Virus record (IMG/VR): IMGVR_UViG_2740892449_000004
Source of the DNA: a virus
Taxonomy: Duplodnaviria; Heunggongvirae; Uroviricota; Caudoviricetes
Length of the DNA stretch: 64,000 nt
Reading direction: 5' to 3' (one strand)
The first letter of the stretch is position 1; every line of letters begins with the position of its first letter. The notes under the pieces were generated by a model, which was not told the origin of the DNA, did not search any database, and saw nothing but the letters and a program-made list of their open reading frames with translations. Positions 1 through 11,029 of the stretch are shown here, piece by piece. The position numbers and the translations under genes were made by a program.

Positions 1-66
1 CGTTTTAGTCTTAATCCCTACCTATACCAACGATGTATTTTTAACTAAACAAAGAGGTTGTTTTTC

Positions 67-639
67 ATGCAAATTGGCTACATTCGTGTGTCAACAAATG
101 ACCAAAACACAGATTTACAAAGAAATGCACTGAACTGCGCAGGATGTGAACTGATTTTTGAAGATAAAATAAGCGGAACAAAGTCAGCCAGACCAGGCTT
201 GAAAAAGCTGCTCAGAACGTTATCAGAAGGAGATACGCTGGTTGTCTGGAAGCTGGATAGGCTTGGCAGAAGTATGAAACACCTTATCACGCTTATAGAG
301 GAGTTGCGGGAAAAAGGTGTTAATTTCCGTAGTCTGACAGACAGTATTGACACATCAACACCCATGGGGCGTTTCTTTTTTCACGTCATGGGGGCTTTAG
401 CAGAAATGGAACGTGAATTAATTGTTGAGAGAACACTGGCCGGACTGGCAGCTGCACGCGAACAGGGACGCATTGGCGGACGTCGCCCGAAGTTGACAAA
501 AGAACAACATGAGCAAATAGCGAGGTTGATCGAAAATGGCTACAGCAGGAAACAGTTGGCAATTATTTACGATATCGGTGTATCGACGATTTATCGCTAT
601 CATCCTGTAGAGAAGCGCCAAACTCAATCTGAGCTGTAA
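67..639 (+). CDS. cin: Serine recombinase / DNA invertase, Cin-Gin-Hin family
   Basis: ORF track 58..639; ATG at 67 with AGAGG RBS at 53-57; catalytic N-terminus GYIRVSTNDQNTDLQ, GRIGGRRPK hinge, C-terminal HTH; P1 Cin-like from memory. Confidence 0.9.
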   Translation: MQIGYIRVSTNDQNTDLQRNALNCAGCELIFEDKISGTKSARPGLKKLLRTLSEGDTLVVWKLDRLGRSMKHLITLIEELREKGVNFRSLTDSIDTSTPMGRFFFHVMGALAEMERELIVERTLAGLAAAREQGRIGGRRPKLTKEQHEQIARLIENGYSRKQLAIIYDIGVSTIYRYHPVEKRQTQSEL

Positions 640-1074
640 TTCTAATGCCGCGTCGGTGTAATTTATCTTGATAGAATAGGTACATTTATCGCGCGGCACA
701 TCAATTCGATGTATCTAGCGCCTGCTGACCGCTAATGAAAACTGTCCTCGAAATGTTGTCCCTAGCCCGAGACTAGGGTATCACCTCTGGAAAGCATACG
801 CAGAACCTTTTTTAACCCAGGGTGCCCAGCCTTTTTGCTGCTCGCCTTATTCGCAAAAATTAGCTCACATCCTGCGCTTTCAAGTGCTTTTCACTGCATA
901 GCTGTGTTTTGTTCATTTGTCTATATGCGTACATAGCCTATTAGCATATTTTCTGCCCACTATCGTTATTTATTGCATGCTACTGGTTTTAATTAACAAA
1001 ACCAGTGTGTGTGGAAATCACAAAGTGCATACCGTTCTCAGATGTTGTTCAACTTACTGTTGTATAGGTAAAAA

Positions 1075-1338
1075 ATGACATTTTATGTACATATCGTGAT
1101 GTTATCCCTTCTTGGTGGGGTGTATTCGTATTTGAGTGGGCTATGTGAAAACCGTTACGAGTCTTCATGCAAGAAATTGCTGGCCGAATGTATTTCCGCC
1201 GTACTTGCTGGCTTTATTGGCATGTATCTCGCGGAATATAAGGATATGAATGAAAGCCTTCAGAGCTGCATGGTTCTTATTTTCAGCGCCAATAGCAGGC
1301 TTATTATTGAAGGTTCCAAAAGTCGGTTGAATAGGTAA
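1075..1338 (+). CDS. Small hypothetical membrane protein
   Basis: ORF track; two hydrophobic segments; no recognisable family. Confidence 0.35.
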   Translation: MTFYVHIVMLSLLGGVYSYLSGLCENRYESSCKKLLAECISAVLAGFIGMYLAEYKDMNESLQSCMVLIFSANSRLIIEGSKSRLNR

Positions 1339-1412
1339 GTCTCTTATGCAACATAACCGGTTGAGAAGTTACTTTGCATACCATTACCTCCTGACAACGT
1401 AGGAGGGAACTT

Positions 1413-1742
1413 GTGCTTGACACACAGGAATTAGCTCCAGTTGCTATTGCGCTCCTGCTTTCAGTAATTGGTGGGATAGGCACGTTCCTGATGGATGTCC
1501 GAGACGGTCGCCAGTCTGGCAATTTGTTGGGATTGGTTACGGAGATCTTTGTTGCAGTGACAGCTGGCGCGGTGGCGTACCTATTGGGGCAACACGAGGG
1601 CTGGGAGTTATCAATTACGTACTTAATGGTAACGATAGCCAGCAATAACGGTCATGAGGTGATTTCAGGGATGAAACGAGTGAATATCGATAGCATTCTG
1701 AATGTTCTTACAAGTTTGGTGAAAAAGGGAGGCGGGAAATGA
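1413..1742 (+). CDS. lydA: Holin, LydA-like
   Basis: GTG start with AGGAGGG RBS at 1401-1407; 109 aa with hydrophobic helices and charged C-tail; followed by overlapping antiholin as in P1. Confidence 0.7.
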   Translation: MLDTQELAPVAIALLLSVIGGIGTFLMDVRDGRQSGNLLGLVTEIFVAVTAGAVAYLLGQHEGWELSITYLMVTIASNNGHEVISGMKRVNIDSILNVLTSLVKKGGGK

Positions 1743-2182
1743 TTGGCTGGGGTGTATGCGTTCTTGCGTTAGCCTTAGCCGATCGCTATTTGCTAAAACG
1801 CAAGGACATCACGCATTTAGAACTTGGTGATGTGGAAATTAAACCGGGTTTCATCCGGGTGCCGTTCAAATACCGGTCTAAATTCCCGTTTTTGCGCGGC
1901 GCAACGGTCAGATATTGGATCCGCGATGTTCAGAAGCCGACGACAGTGATTGAAGGCGAACAACGTTGTTTGACGTCGGCTGAACAGGGCGAAAACAGTG
2001 AATGGTTGTACATACCCACTGAATATATGGGTAAAGGAGAGCGACTGTGGCATTTCAACGTCATGGTTACGCATGGCGACTCGTTCATTAACCCGTTGTA
2101 TCGGATTTTCCCTGTTACTCAGCAAATCCGCAGAAGTTACGTAATAAATCTCGCACAGGATGTGTCAGATGACGAAAAATAA
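1739..2182 (+). CDS. lydB: Antiholin, LydB-like
   Basis: ATGA start-stop overlap with lydA; 147 aa; operon position as P1 lydB. Confidence 0.6.
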   Translation: MIGWGVCVLALALADRYLLKRKDITHLELGDVEIKPGFIRVPFKYRSKFPFLRGATVRYWIRDVQKPTTVIEGEQRCLTSAEQGENSEWLYIPTEYMGKGERLWHFNVMVTHGDSFINPLYRIFPVTQQIRRSYVINLAQDVSDDEK

Positions 2183-2771
2183 GTATGCAACGGTCGATTT
2201 TGACCAGGTTAATGAAAAGGGGCTGAAATCCCTTATCGCGGCGATCAATAAAACCGGTGTTACGGTAATTGAGGTTGACTCCAGCAACCGCGCAACAACG
2301 AAAGATGGCGTTAAAGTTAAAACCGCAAAGCTGGTTCTTAACGACGGACAAATTCTTGCCATACAGGTAAACGATACTGGCGATATATCGTCTGTGAGGC
2401 TGAATGGAAAAGCTATTCCTAACGCTCAATCGCCGGATATCAAGACGCTTGGTACCGTCATGGGGCAAGCGGCCCGCAAAAACTCCGCAAAATTCCAGAA
2501 ATCACTGATCGCCAAAGCGAAACGTGTTGCCAATCCGGTAGACAAGAAACCGGCAGTAAAATCCAACTTTCAGCGCCTGCAAGAGGCAAAACAGCGGAAT
2601 GCTCAGGTGGTTGCCGCTTATAAATCAGCGCAGAACTCGGTGTCTTTCAATCAACAGCAGATCACTGATTTGCGGGCGAAGCTGGATAAGGAGACAGGCC
2701 GACTCAATAACGAAAAGGCCCGAAATGGCGAACTCAAACGCCGTCTTAAGCAACTGAAAGCAGGAAATTAA
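2169..2771 (+). CDS. darA-operon protein with C-terminal coiled coil (possibly Hdf, by position only)
   Basis: ORF track 2160..2771; ATG at 2169 after AGGA; Lys/Ala-rich coiled-coil C-terminus; directly upstream of darA-like gene. Confidence 0.55.
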   Translation: MTKNKYATVDFDQVNEKGLKSLIAAINKTGVTVIEVDSSNRATTKDGVKVKTAKLVLNDGQILAIQVNDTGDISSVRLNGKAIPNAQSPDIKTLGTVMGQAARKNSAKFQKSLIAKAKRVANPVDKKPAVKSNFQRLQEAKQRNAQVVAAYKSAQNSVSFNQQQITDLRAKLDKETGRLNNEKARNGELKRRLKQLKAGN

Positions 2772-2772
2772 C

Positions 2773-4662
2773 ATGGAACAGTTCAATATCAATAAAGGGG
2801 TGACGATCAAGCCTGGGCTTGACGTGCTTCCCCCGCCAGTGACTGATGATGAATATCGCGCATTAATGGCCGGTGAGGACCGCTATCTGATGACGGAATC
2901 CAACACCCTGGAGGAAATCGAGGCTACGTTCTTCTATGACACGCCGATCCACTGGTGTGCTACGGATTTACTGGAGGCGATTAGTTCTACTCGTTTGCAG
3001 TTACACCGGACCATGCAGGCATTTGTCCGGGCATTGAACCAGAAGCTGAATGGTACCGGAATCTCTGCGGGGAGTGATAAAACGGGGGATGTGGCCCAGA
3101 GCGGCGCGCGCGCGATCGGCGGCGCTGAAATTGGCCGGGCACGTAACGTTAACGGGCTGCCGGTCTTGCCAGCCATTATTCCGCTCAGTGATGGTCAGAC
3201 TATCAGCATTCTGTTTCATAGCCCGACAGCGGAAAACCGGATCACCAATAGCGATACGCTGGTTGCTTTCCAGTTCTTACTGAATAAAAAAGACGTTACT
3301 CACACCGTTGCTCCGATGAGTGGACGTGATATGACGCTGGCGCAGGTCACCATGAAACTTGCCAACCTTGCAGAGAAAAACTCGGCAAAATTCCAGCGTG
3401 CGCAGAAGAAGAAAAAAGCCCTTGTTGATGAAATAACCCAACTACAGGCTGACAGTGACCAGAAAGAGGATGCCATGAGCGACCTCGCGGATCAGGTGGC
3501 AGCGGTAGAAGGGCAGAAGGCAGATCTGGAGCAGAAAATTAACGCTGTTGCATCGGAAGCGGATTCTCTTTATGAAGAGAATGAGCGTTTGCAGACGGAG
3601 ATTGATCAGCTCAATCGCACTGGTGGGCGCGGTACCATTGCTCCAGCGGGGATGACTGGTGGGCACTCTCGCGCGCTGACGGATCGCCTTGCCAGTATCA
3701 AAAATCGTATGCATATGGACGGGGAAGTGACGCTCAGTAATGGTGCATCAATGAAGCAATTCATTGGGGGCGGCGAAGGGTATATCCAGTTAACCGATCC
3801 GGATGGCAGCGTATACATGATCAAGGCTAAATCCATACAGGGTGTGGACATGGCAGATGCGATCGGCAAGCTGTTTAAAGCCTATAAAGCGGGTAATGTA
3901 TCGGAATACCTGGTCCAACCAGAAGAACATAAACCGGAAAACGTCGAACCTGAACCAGCGGAGGATACCGGTAGCTCTTCGCCTGAACCAGAAGTCTCTG
4001 TAGGTGCATATCGATATGCCCTGCAAATGCGTCCGGCGGCCCCTGGCGCAATACCTGAAGGTAACAAAGCAATTCTGCCGCGCCCTGATGAAGGTGACCC
4101 GTATTATGAATATGCACGCTACGGCATTGCTACTTACGATACCCCGCTTTCTGATCAGCAAATGAGTGAGTACGACCTGAAGTTATTGCCTCGCGAGGAT
4201 TCTTTCGACTTCCTGGCGAAGACACTTACTAATGGTCCGTTTGGCAAATATGCACAAAAAGCTCTGGAGCTGGCCACCAGCTCACCAGACGAGTTCCGCG
4301 TAATGCTGAAAACTCAGTTTCAAAAAACTTTCCCCAATATTGCGTTTCCTGGGGGCGCTGGCACCGAGAAAATGGTGCAGAGCATGATCAATGCATTGCA
4401 GGCCGAAGTCGGTGAGATTACTCAGCCAGAACCGGCCCCGGCACAGCCTGATGAAACGGTTAGCGAAGCAGATGCAGAGGCTAATAAAGCCATTGAATAT
4501 CTCAATAACGTGATGGATATACAAAGCACTGACATGGCGGAGATCCGTAACGCCCGGGGCAATGTCCGGGAAGCGATTGCAGCCTTCAGGCTGCCGGACG
4601 TTTTGAGGAAAACGAAGAGCTGGTTAACGGCGCAGCTCGCCACCTGGCTGATCTGTTGGTAG
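2773..4662 (+). CDS. darA: DarA-like internal head / antirestriction protein precursor
   Basis: 629-aa ORF, start overlaps upstream stop (TAACATGG); central coiled coil; identity inferred from synteny (lydA-lydB-...-darA, darB elsewhere in window), not from a motif. Confidence 0.55.
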   Translation: MEQFNINKGVTIKPGLDVLPPPVTDDEYRALMAGEDRYLMTESNTLEEIEATFFYDTPIHWCATDLLEAISSTRLQLHRTMQAFVRALNQKLNGTGISAGSDKTGDVAQSGARAIGGAEIGRARNVNGLPVLPAIIPLSDGQTISILFHSPTAENRITNSDTLVAFQFLLNKKDVTHTVAPMSGRDMTLAQVTMKLANLAEKNSAKFQRAQKKKKALVDEITQLQADSDQKEDAMSDLADQVAAVEGQKADLEQKINAVASEADSLYEENERLQTEIDQLNRTGGRGTIAPAGMTGGHSRALTDRLASIKNRMHMDGEVTLSNGASMKQFIGGGEGYIQLTDPDGSVYMIKAKSIQGVDMADAIGKLFKAYKAGNVSEYLVQPEEHKPENVEPEPAEDTGSSSPEPEVSVGAYRYALQMRPAAPGAIPEGNKAILPRPDEGDPYYEYARYGIATYDTPLSDQQMSEYDLKLLPREDSFDFLAKTLTNGPFGKYAQKALELATSSPDEFRVMLKTQFQKTFPNIAFPGGAGTEKMVQSMINALQAEVGEITQPEPAPAQPDETVSEADAEANKAIEYLNNVMDIQSTDMAEIRNARGNVREAIAAFRLPDVLRKTKSWLTAQLATWLICW

Positions 4663-4687
4663 CAATCCAGAAAGCGGGGGTAGCGGC

Positions 4688-5053
4688 ATGACACTATCAG
4701 CTATTGAGTTAATGGATCTCAGCGATAAGTTGGATGCTCTGATGTCCAAAGCGGCTACCGCGAGTGGCATGGAGTTGCTGGATATCAGCGATGAAATTGA
4801 CCAGATCATGCAACAGATGGGGTACGGTGTGTCCGGCGGCAGTAGTGGCGAGGAAAAACAACCTTCGGTACATGATGGTGTGCCAAAACTGGTTGCTGAT
4901 TTCCTGGCTGATAAATTCGTCGATCAGAGCACCGATGCATTTATCGGTACCTTGCAGGATTTGAGTCAATATGTTGGCACATACATCGACCTGGACCAGG
5001 TTAAACAGCACACGGCGGCATGGATAGCCGCCAACATTAAAGAGGCAGCATAA
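4688..5053 (+). CDS. Small acidic darA-operon protein (DdrA-like by position)
   Basis: ORF track 121 aa; acidic composition; operon context. Confidence 0.5.
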   Translation: MTLSAIELMDLSDKLDALMSKAATASGMELLDISDEIDQIMQQMGYGVSGGSSGEEKQPSVHDGVPKLVADFLADKFVDQSTDAFIGTLQDLSQYVGTYIDLDQVKQHTAAWIAANIKEAA

Positions 5054-5065
5054 GGCGTAACAGGG

Positions 5066-8052
5066 ATGAGCTTAAGCGATCAGGTGGTAATGGCCACCAG
5101 CATAGAAACGCTGATCGAGCTGCTAAAGAACCTGCCCGATTATGGGCGGGTTTCGTATGTGGTGACAGCGAAGGGAGACGAGGTAAAAACAGCGTTTGAT
5201 ATCGTCGATGCCTCAGCTCTTTTGGTATCCAATACTCTGGATGGGAAAATTAATCCTGACTATCCCCAGGAACTTCAGCCGCGCGACCGGACCCGCGCAT
5301 CCAGCCTTCTTCAGGTTAACCAGATATCCAAAGATTTGCGGCCAGCTCAGCTTACTGATTCCGGTTTATCCAGCCATGGTGCGCCGATAATTGGTGAGGA
5401 CAATGCCGTTGAGTCAGGTAATGGACGGACCATGGGGATCATCAAAGCCTATCAGGACGGCAATGCGGATCGGTATCGTGAGTACCTGATTGAACATGCG
5501 ACCGAATTCGGAATACGACCTGAAAAGGTTGAATCAATGACGCTCCGGTACTGGTGCGCCGCCGGTTAACGAAGGTTGACCGTGTTCAGTTTGCCAAGGA
5601 CTCAAATATTTCTGATCTCCAGGAAATGGCAGCCAGTGAAAAGGCTTTTGTTGATGCCGACAGCATAACTCCGGCGATGATGGCGCTGTTTAACCCATCA
5701 GAAAGCGGAGATCTGCTTAGCCGCAGTAATGACGCGTTTATTCGCGGATTCATGACGCAAGTTGGTGCCACACAGGCTGCTGGCCTTGTAACGGAAGATG
5801 GGCGACCAACACGGCAACTTGTTGACCGTATACAAAACGCGATCTTTGCCAAGGCATATAAGGATGCGCGCCTGGTAAGAATGGTTGCAGAAGAACCTGA
5901 TCCGGATATGCGTAATGTTCTGACGGCGCTTAATGCGGCAGCCAATGATTTTGTCCAGATGCAGGCTTTATCAGGAGAAGCGCACAAGCAGGCTGTGACA
6001 ACTATTGTTGATGGTATTGAGACAGCGGATAGTCTCGATAAAAAGGCGCTGGCGGCATTGAAAGATGCGGTAGACCTGGTAAGGCAATCGAAGGAGTCAG
6101 GCCAACATATTACCGATGTTATTGCTCAGGGGGATATGTTCAGCGAAACAGCCCCGGAAGTGAAAGCTCTCGCGTTGTTCATCGTCGCGAATAACCGTAG
6201 CGCGAAGCGTATGGCCACCGCCTTTAAATTGATGGCTCAACGTATCAATGATGAGTTACAGCACCAGGGCCAGGCGCTGGGGGATATGTTTGGCGGTGGT
6301 GATGTGTCGTTACAGGATATCCTTCGCCAGGTGTCTCAGGAACTGGAAAACGAAGGCATGCAAGGGATATCCGGCGGTCTTTTCGAGTCCGTTTCCGGCG
6401 GTAGTTACAACGGTGTTGCTCCATATACCAGTTTGCTATTACATCGGGCATCCGGCATCAAAGACATTATTCATCTGATCAGGCTGCTTTCCCGTACAGA
6501 TCCCCAGGATGAACAGCTTGTACAAGTGCTTGCGCATTTTGTTCGAATGCCTGTTGCCGACGTGAATAAATGGTGCCGATTATTCGGTATCAGCAATTCG
6601 TTACTTCGCGGATTGTTAAATCACGCATCCTCCCTTGGGCGCGACGGCTTTGATGAGATAGCGCAGGCGATAAAAAACGGAGATATGCCACCAGCTATTG
6701 ACTGGTTTTCCATTCGCCCAACCAGGGTGAAAGCATTCCTTAGCGCGGCGCATTCGGCATCACCATTGGCAGAAATGGTTCAGAGGTTGTCGCTCATATT
6801 CACAGACCATACCGCGTTGGGTGATCTGACTCTGGACGAGATGAAAGAAGCCTCCATTCAGTGGGCCGATCAACAAAATGAGGTTAACTCAGACTTCTTG
6901 CCAGCATTCAGGAAGGCCGTTAGTAAAGCGGATGATGCCCGTGGAATTCTGAAGGCGTTTAAGGCATTGCAAAGTCGTGTTAATAAACATGTCGGTGATA
7001 TCGATGGGGTAACGGCGGAAGGCCGGGATATCCTTAAAGAGCACGGCATAACGCCAGAGTTTATTGATGAGATCAGGACTGATATGCAGCGTGAGGTCGT
7101 ATCGTCCCTGCAAATCGTAGCCAGAGCGTTGGCGGATGCTAATCCGAAGAGTGCGGCCATTGTTAACCGGGTTATTGGTGATATTGAAGCATCGGAGGGC
7201 ATGGGGGCGCTGAAACTCTTCCTTTCGCGAGCGTTTAATCCTAACGGCAATATTCTCCCTGGCATTATTGGTGAGGCTAAAAAGTATGTCAGTGAAGAAG
7301 AACTTGAGCAGCTTGACCAACTACTTAAGCGATTCTCATATAACCCGCAGACACGCTGGCAAATGAATCAGCGAAGTATGGGTTCGGTCCACGAGAAAGT
7401 GTTATCTGCCATGAACAGTGCGATCGCAAACTCATCCGTATCTGAAGAAAAAGCTCTTGAGTGGGCCGACTCTTTTATCACAGAAGAAGTGGAAGAAGCC
7501 CGCGCTGGACAGAATGGTGGGATAGACCTGCGCAAGGAACTTGCTGATATTTATCGCCTGACCGGCGGGAAAATATCGACCTTATCAAAGGTAGTTCACC
7601 ACCAGGGAAGGGCATATGCAAATCTTAATGGTGTTGTTGCTGTCAATTTGAACGATGAAAATGCAAGTGCACTGTGGCACGAGCTGGGTCATCATCTTGA
7701 GTACAGTAACCCTGGTTTGTTAGAGAAAGCCCGGTCATTCCTGAAGGCCAATGTTGAAGGGGATAAGCCATCTTTCGTCAATATCGGTGGGCGTGGCAAG
7801 CCTGAATGGTGCTTCAGATCTCGATTGAGTAATATTTATATGGCGAAGGTATACCCGCCAGCCTCAGTAAGTAACACCGGGAAAATTCGGCAGAAATCAC
7901 CGACTATTTCCAAAACGTCAGCAACGGAAGTATTCTCTATGGCTCTTCAGTTGTATCATGACAAAGAGGCCGCTGCCGCATCACTGATGAATGGTGACGG
8001 ATTGCTGGAACTGTTATTAGGTGTGGCAAAGGAGCTAAATAATGCAGATTAA
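5066..8052 (+). CDS. Large darA-operon protein (DdrB-like by position), reading frame broken once
   Basis: ORF track gives 5066..5569 and 5554..8052 in different frames overlapping 16 nt; combined span 2987 nt = 3n+2, so one added base restores a single ~995-codon ORF. Confidence 0.6.
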
Positions 8053-8350
8053 AATCGCAGCGCCATTAGGTGGAGATGCCATTATCGAATTTGATGATAA
8101 TGAAGAAGTTTCCGGGCGTTTAAGCATTATCTCCGGTGACATTACCGAGGACATGATCGCTGAAGCCATAGCTGGGGCAAATCCCAATAGCTATATGGGA
8201 TTCGTTAACACCCTTGATGCTCCCGCAAGTGATGTTCTCCGAACGCTGCATCTTTACGCTGGCTGGTTTGTTGATTGGCCAGCAGTAGATGGTGGCGATG
8301 AGGACGACGACGATGATTTTGGTGATCATGTAGACCAGATCGTATATTGA
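8042..8350 (+). CDS. Small acidic hypothetical protein, last gene of darA operon
   Basis: ORF track 102 aa; GGAG RBS before ATG that overlaps upstream stop; Asp/Glu-rich C-terminus. Confidence 0.5.
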   Translation: MQIKIAAPLGGDAIIEFDDNEEVSGRLSIISGDITEDMIAEAIAGANPNSYMGFVNTLDAPASDVLRTLHLYAGWFVDWPAVDGGDEDDDDDFGDHVDQIVY

Positions 8351-8352
8351 AG

Positions 8353-8378
8353 AAATCCCGCCAGTCGGCGGGATTTTT
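8353..8378 (+). terminator. Intrinsic terminator between convergent darA operon and minus-strand genes
   Basis: Perfect hairpin AAATCCCGCC-AGTC-GGCGGGATTT followed by T-run, 3 nt after the 8350 stop; A-run on the other side makes it bidirectional. Confidence 0.6.
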
Positions 8379-8381
8379 ACC

Positions 8382-9474
8382 TCACGAGAAGCTTTTTTCT
8401 GATGTCAGCCAACAGTGCTCGTGCAAATCTCTTGGTGGTTTTTCGACAAATGCCTCTTCAGCCACATCCTGCCAGGGGATTTGTTTAGCCCATTCAGTTA
8501 TAGCGTTATGGTTTGCCGAGAATAACGGTATTGTATAGGCCTTCAGCCAGTCTAATGTGCTGGAGTTGTGTTTTTGAGCGTGATGTTTCGCATGGTGTTT
8601 GGCGATCACGATCGTAGGCACTACCCATTTACTACCGTCAGTCATTGTGAAGTGCATATTACGGGGAACAGATGACTTTTCCATCAACTCCCGAATCCCG
8701 GGAAATTTCCCCAAGATCAATCGGCGATATTCATCGCTATTGCGCCCACCAAACTCTTTGGCTTTGAATTCAAGATATGCTTCAGAAACGAGAGGTGAAT
8801 CCTCTGTGTTTAGAGTTATCGCCGTGAAAAAACCAGCAGGATTGTTTTTACTATGGGCCAACCGGTGATGCGAATCATAAAAGTACCCTTTCTCGCGTTC
8901 CGATGGTTTCGACAGCAACAGCAGGCGCGAGTCATAATTGGTTAAATTGCCAGTTATCACTGCATGAGCGCGATCGCTGATTTCCGCCGAGTTAATAACG
9001 ATGAAAAGATCGTGCGGTCCAGTAAAACCAGCCAGAGACTCTTCGTTATTCAGACAATAGGTTATATAGACGCATCCCCATGTTTCACTGATATGCACCA
9101 ACTTTGTCAGGGTGTATTCTGAAATAATTGCCAAGAAAAGGGTGTTTTTGGGTAACTCGCTCCCAATAACGGAACATATAGTCAATTATTGTTTTTCGAC
9201 TATCGTTAATCGCAGGAGAAACAACCACTGTACGGGAACACGAATACAGTATTGTTTGCAGGATGCTAATCACTGCCACAATAGAGGTTTCCCCAATACC
9301 ATGTGGTGTGGTGGCAGTGACTTTGGCTCCGGTGTTCTTTATCGCGTTAATAATTTTTGCCTGATGAGGTGTTAACTCAATATCAAGCAACTCTTTTGCT
9401 GCCAGTTCCCAATTGTCTTTATACCGTTCTATCAGTGCTAACCAGGCAGATTCATTCTGTATACGATTAATCAC
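8382..9474 (-). CDS. Terminase large subunit (PacB)-like paralog, ATPase motifs degenerate, frame broken
   Basis: Track ORFs 9085..9474 and 8382..9185 align in series with PacB of this window (28579..30063), e.g. [11 protein letters not shown] conserved; Walker A reads HGIGETS (Lys lost) and Walker B reads IVINSAE; C-terminus unrelated to PacB. Confidence 0.5.
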
Positions 9475-10255
9475 TTTCCACCTCTTCCGTGGTGTTTTCT
9501 TGCAGTTCTGTTAATGCAGCACGACATAGGTTCCGGGCATTGGCTATAGCCACACTTTTGACTTCATCCGTCATCGTGCAGGTAATGTACTGATCGAGTT
9601 CTTCAGCGCGGATGATGCTTTTGCCAATCAGAAACTGTATTTGCCATAGCAGATCGGCATCCATAATCAGAATTTCTGCCGGGCCTTCAGGGCCAGCCGG
9701 GAAGGAAACATAAGACTGTTTGCCCAGGCCGACAACTCGACAACTTGCTTCAAGAATTGCGCGCTTGAGGTCTGACTTTATAACGGAAACAGGTTGATTT
9801 TCACCAGTGATTACGCCGTTGACATGGAAAGGCATGTAGCTTGAAATACGCTCCACTTTCCACACGCCAGCAAGCGATCCTTCATGCAGCACAATGGGGG
9901 TAACCGCGAGTTTCATCTCACCATATAACTGCTGGCAGATAGCTGGATTGCTGAATACATCTAAAGGCTCACATTCAAACAGCGGCGCAATCTGCATGAG
10001 GTCCATCATGGTCATCCCTGGGGTACGAGCAGTAATGAATTTGCGCATACCAGTATCCATTGCGCTCCAGATTGCTACACCATGCTTTTTGCTCACTTCT
10101 TCAGTAAAGCCAAGGTGGCACATGATGGTTTTTTCGATAGCCAGATCGGAGATAGAAACCTTTTCGCCAGGTACACCATCATTATTGATGGTCACTTCGA
10201 CACTCTGGCCATTACGCAGGCGGTATTGAATTGTTTTAGTATTTTGTGCTGCCAT
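9467..10255 (-). CDS. Hypothetical protein (possibly isaA-like by position)
   Basis: ORF track 9467..10375; preferred start is the internal ATG at 10255 (MAAQNTK) after a purine-rich stretch; no family recognised. Confidence 0.5.
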   Translation of the reverse strand: MAAQNTKTIQYRLRNGQSVEVTINNDGVPGEKVSISDLAIEKTIMCHLGFTEEVSKKHGVAIWSAMDTGMRKFITARTPGMTMMDLMQIAPLFECEPLDVFSNPAICQQLYGEMKLAVTPIVLHEGSLAGVWKVERISSYMPFHVNGVITGENQPVSVIKSDLKRAILEASCRVVGLGKQSYVSFPAGPEGPAEILIMDADLLWQIQFLIGKSIIRAEELDQYITCTMTDEVKSVAIANARNLCRAALTELQENTTEEVESD

Positions 10256-10269
10256 AGTCTTTTCTCTGC

Positions 10270-10452
10270 TTAAAAACTGATGTATTGCGCCTTCAGGTGG
10301 GTCAGGAATGTTTTCCCACCAGCGAAAGCAATATCTCGGGGTGTTCTGTTCGTTAAAAACGCGTTCCATTGCCAACTTTGGCGTTTTTTAGCGAGTTCGT
10401 GCTTTTGTTGGCGTTTGGACCACCGCTTTTCTTTCAGTCGTTTTTTACTCAT
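10270..10452 (-). CDS. Small Lys/Arg-rich ORF downstream of ssb
   Basis: ORF track 60 aa; ATG 5 nt after ssb stop; no clear RBS. Confidence 0.25.
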   Translation of the reverse strand: MSKKRLKEKRWSKRQQKHELAKKRQSWQWNAFLTNRTPRDIAFAGGKTFLTHLKAQYISF

Positions 10453-10457
10453 AAACT

Positions 10458-10946
10458 CTAAAACGGAATATCGTCTTCAAAGTCCATTGGAGGTTCGTTA
10501 TTGGCGCTGCTCTGAGGTTTGCCACCACCGCTGTATTGCTGGTGGTTTTGAGGTTGGTTTGACTGCCCCCAGCCATTTGAGGACTGTGAATCGTCGCGGC
10601 GAGCGCCGATCATTTGCATGGTGCCGCCCTGGCTGACGATAATTTCCGTCGTGTAACGTTCTACACCGGCGTCATCTGTCCACTTACGGGTTTTAAGTTT
10701 CCCTTCGATGTAGACCTGAGAACCTTTTCGTAAATACTCACTCGCAATTTCAGCAATTTTTCCGAACAAAACGACTTTATGCCATTCTGTTTGCTCTTTC
10801 TGTTGGCCTGTTTGCTTGTCGCGCCATGATTCATTCGTTGCGATGCTGAGTCTTCCGACTGCTCCGCCATTTGGTATATACCTGATATCTGGGTCTTGTC
10901 CCAGGGTACCTATCAGGATGACTTTATTTACACCGCGTTGTGCCAC
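10458..10946 (-). CDS. ssb: Single-stranded DNA-binding protein
   Basis: OB-fold N-terminus close to E. coli SSB, Gly/Gln-rich linker, acidic tail DFEDDIPF; GTG start. Confidence 0.95.
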   Translation of the reverse strand: MAQRGVNKVILIGTLGQDPDIRYIPNGGAVGRLSIATNESWRDKQTGQQKEQTEWHKVVLFGKIAEIASEYLRKGSQVYIEGKLKTRKWTDDAGVERYTTEIIVSQGGTMQMIGARRDDSQSSNGWGQSNQPQNHQQYSGGGKPQSSANNEPPMDFEDDIPF

Positions 10947-10965
10947 TTATCTCACCTAATAAAAT

Positions 10966-10982
10966 AAATTAATTAGAGCAAT
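10966..10982. promoter_or_regulatory. C1 repressor operator-like 17-mer
   Basis: AAATTAATTAGAGCAAT, 16/17 match to reverse complement of ATTGCTCTAATAAATTT; between ssb and lyz. Confidence 0.55.
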
Positions 10983-11006
10983 AATGTATATCTTTGAAAC
11001 GTAGCT

Positions 11007-11029
11007 AACAAGTGATTTGCATTATCCTG
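11007..11029 (+). promoter_or_regulatory. Candidate late-promoter element upstream of lyz
   Basis: AACAAGTGA core shared with elements upstream of prt, the 48378 operon and the 62091 operon, followed by a -10-like CATTAT. Confidence 0.35.

Noticed and set aside
1-57. Possible cix crossover site upstream of cin
   Set aside because: Best half-site match (TTAATCCCTACC) is only about 7-8 of 12 to the gix/hix consensus and no dyad partner was found
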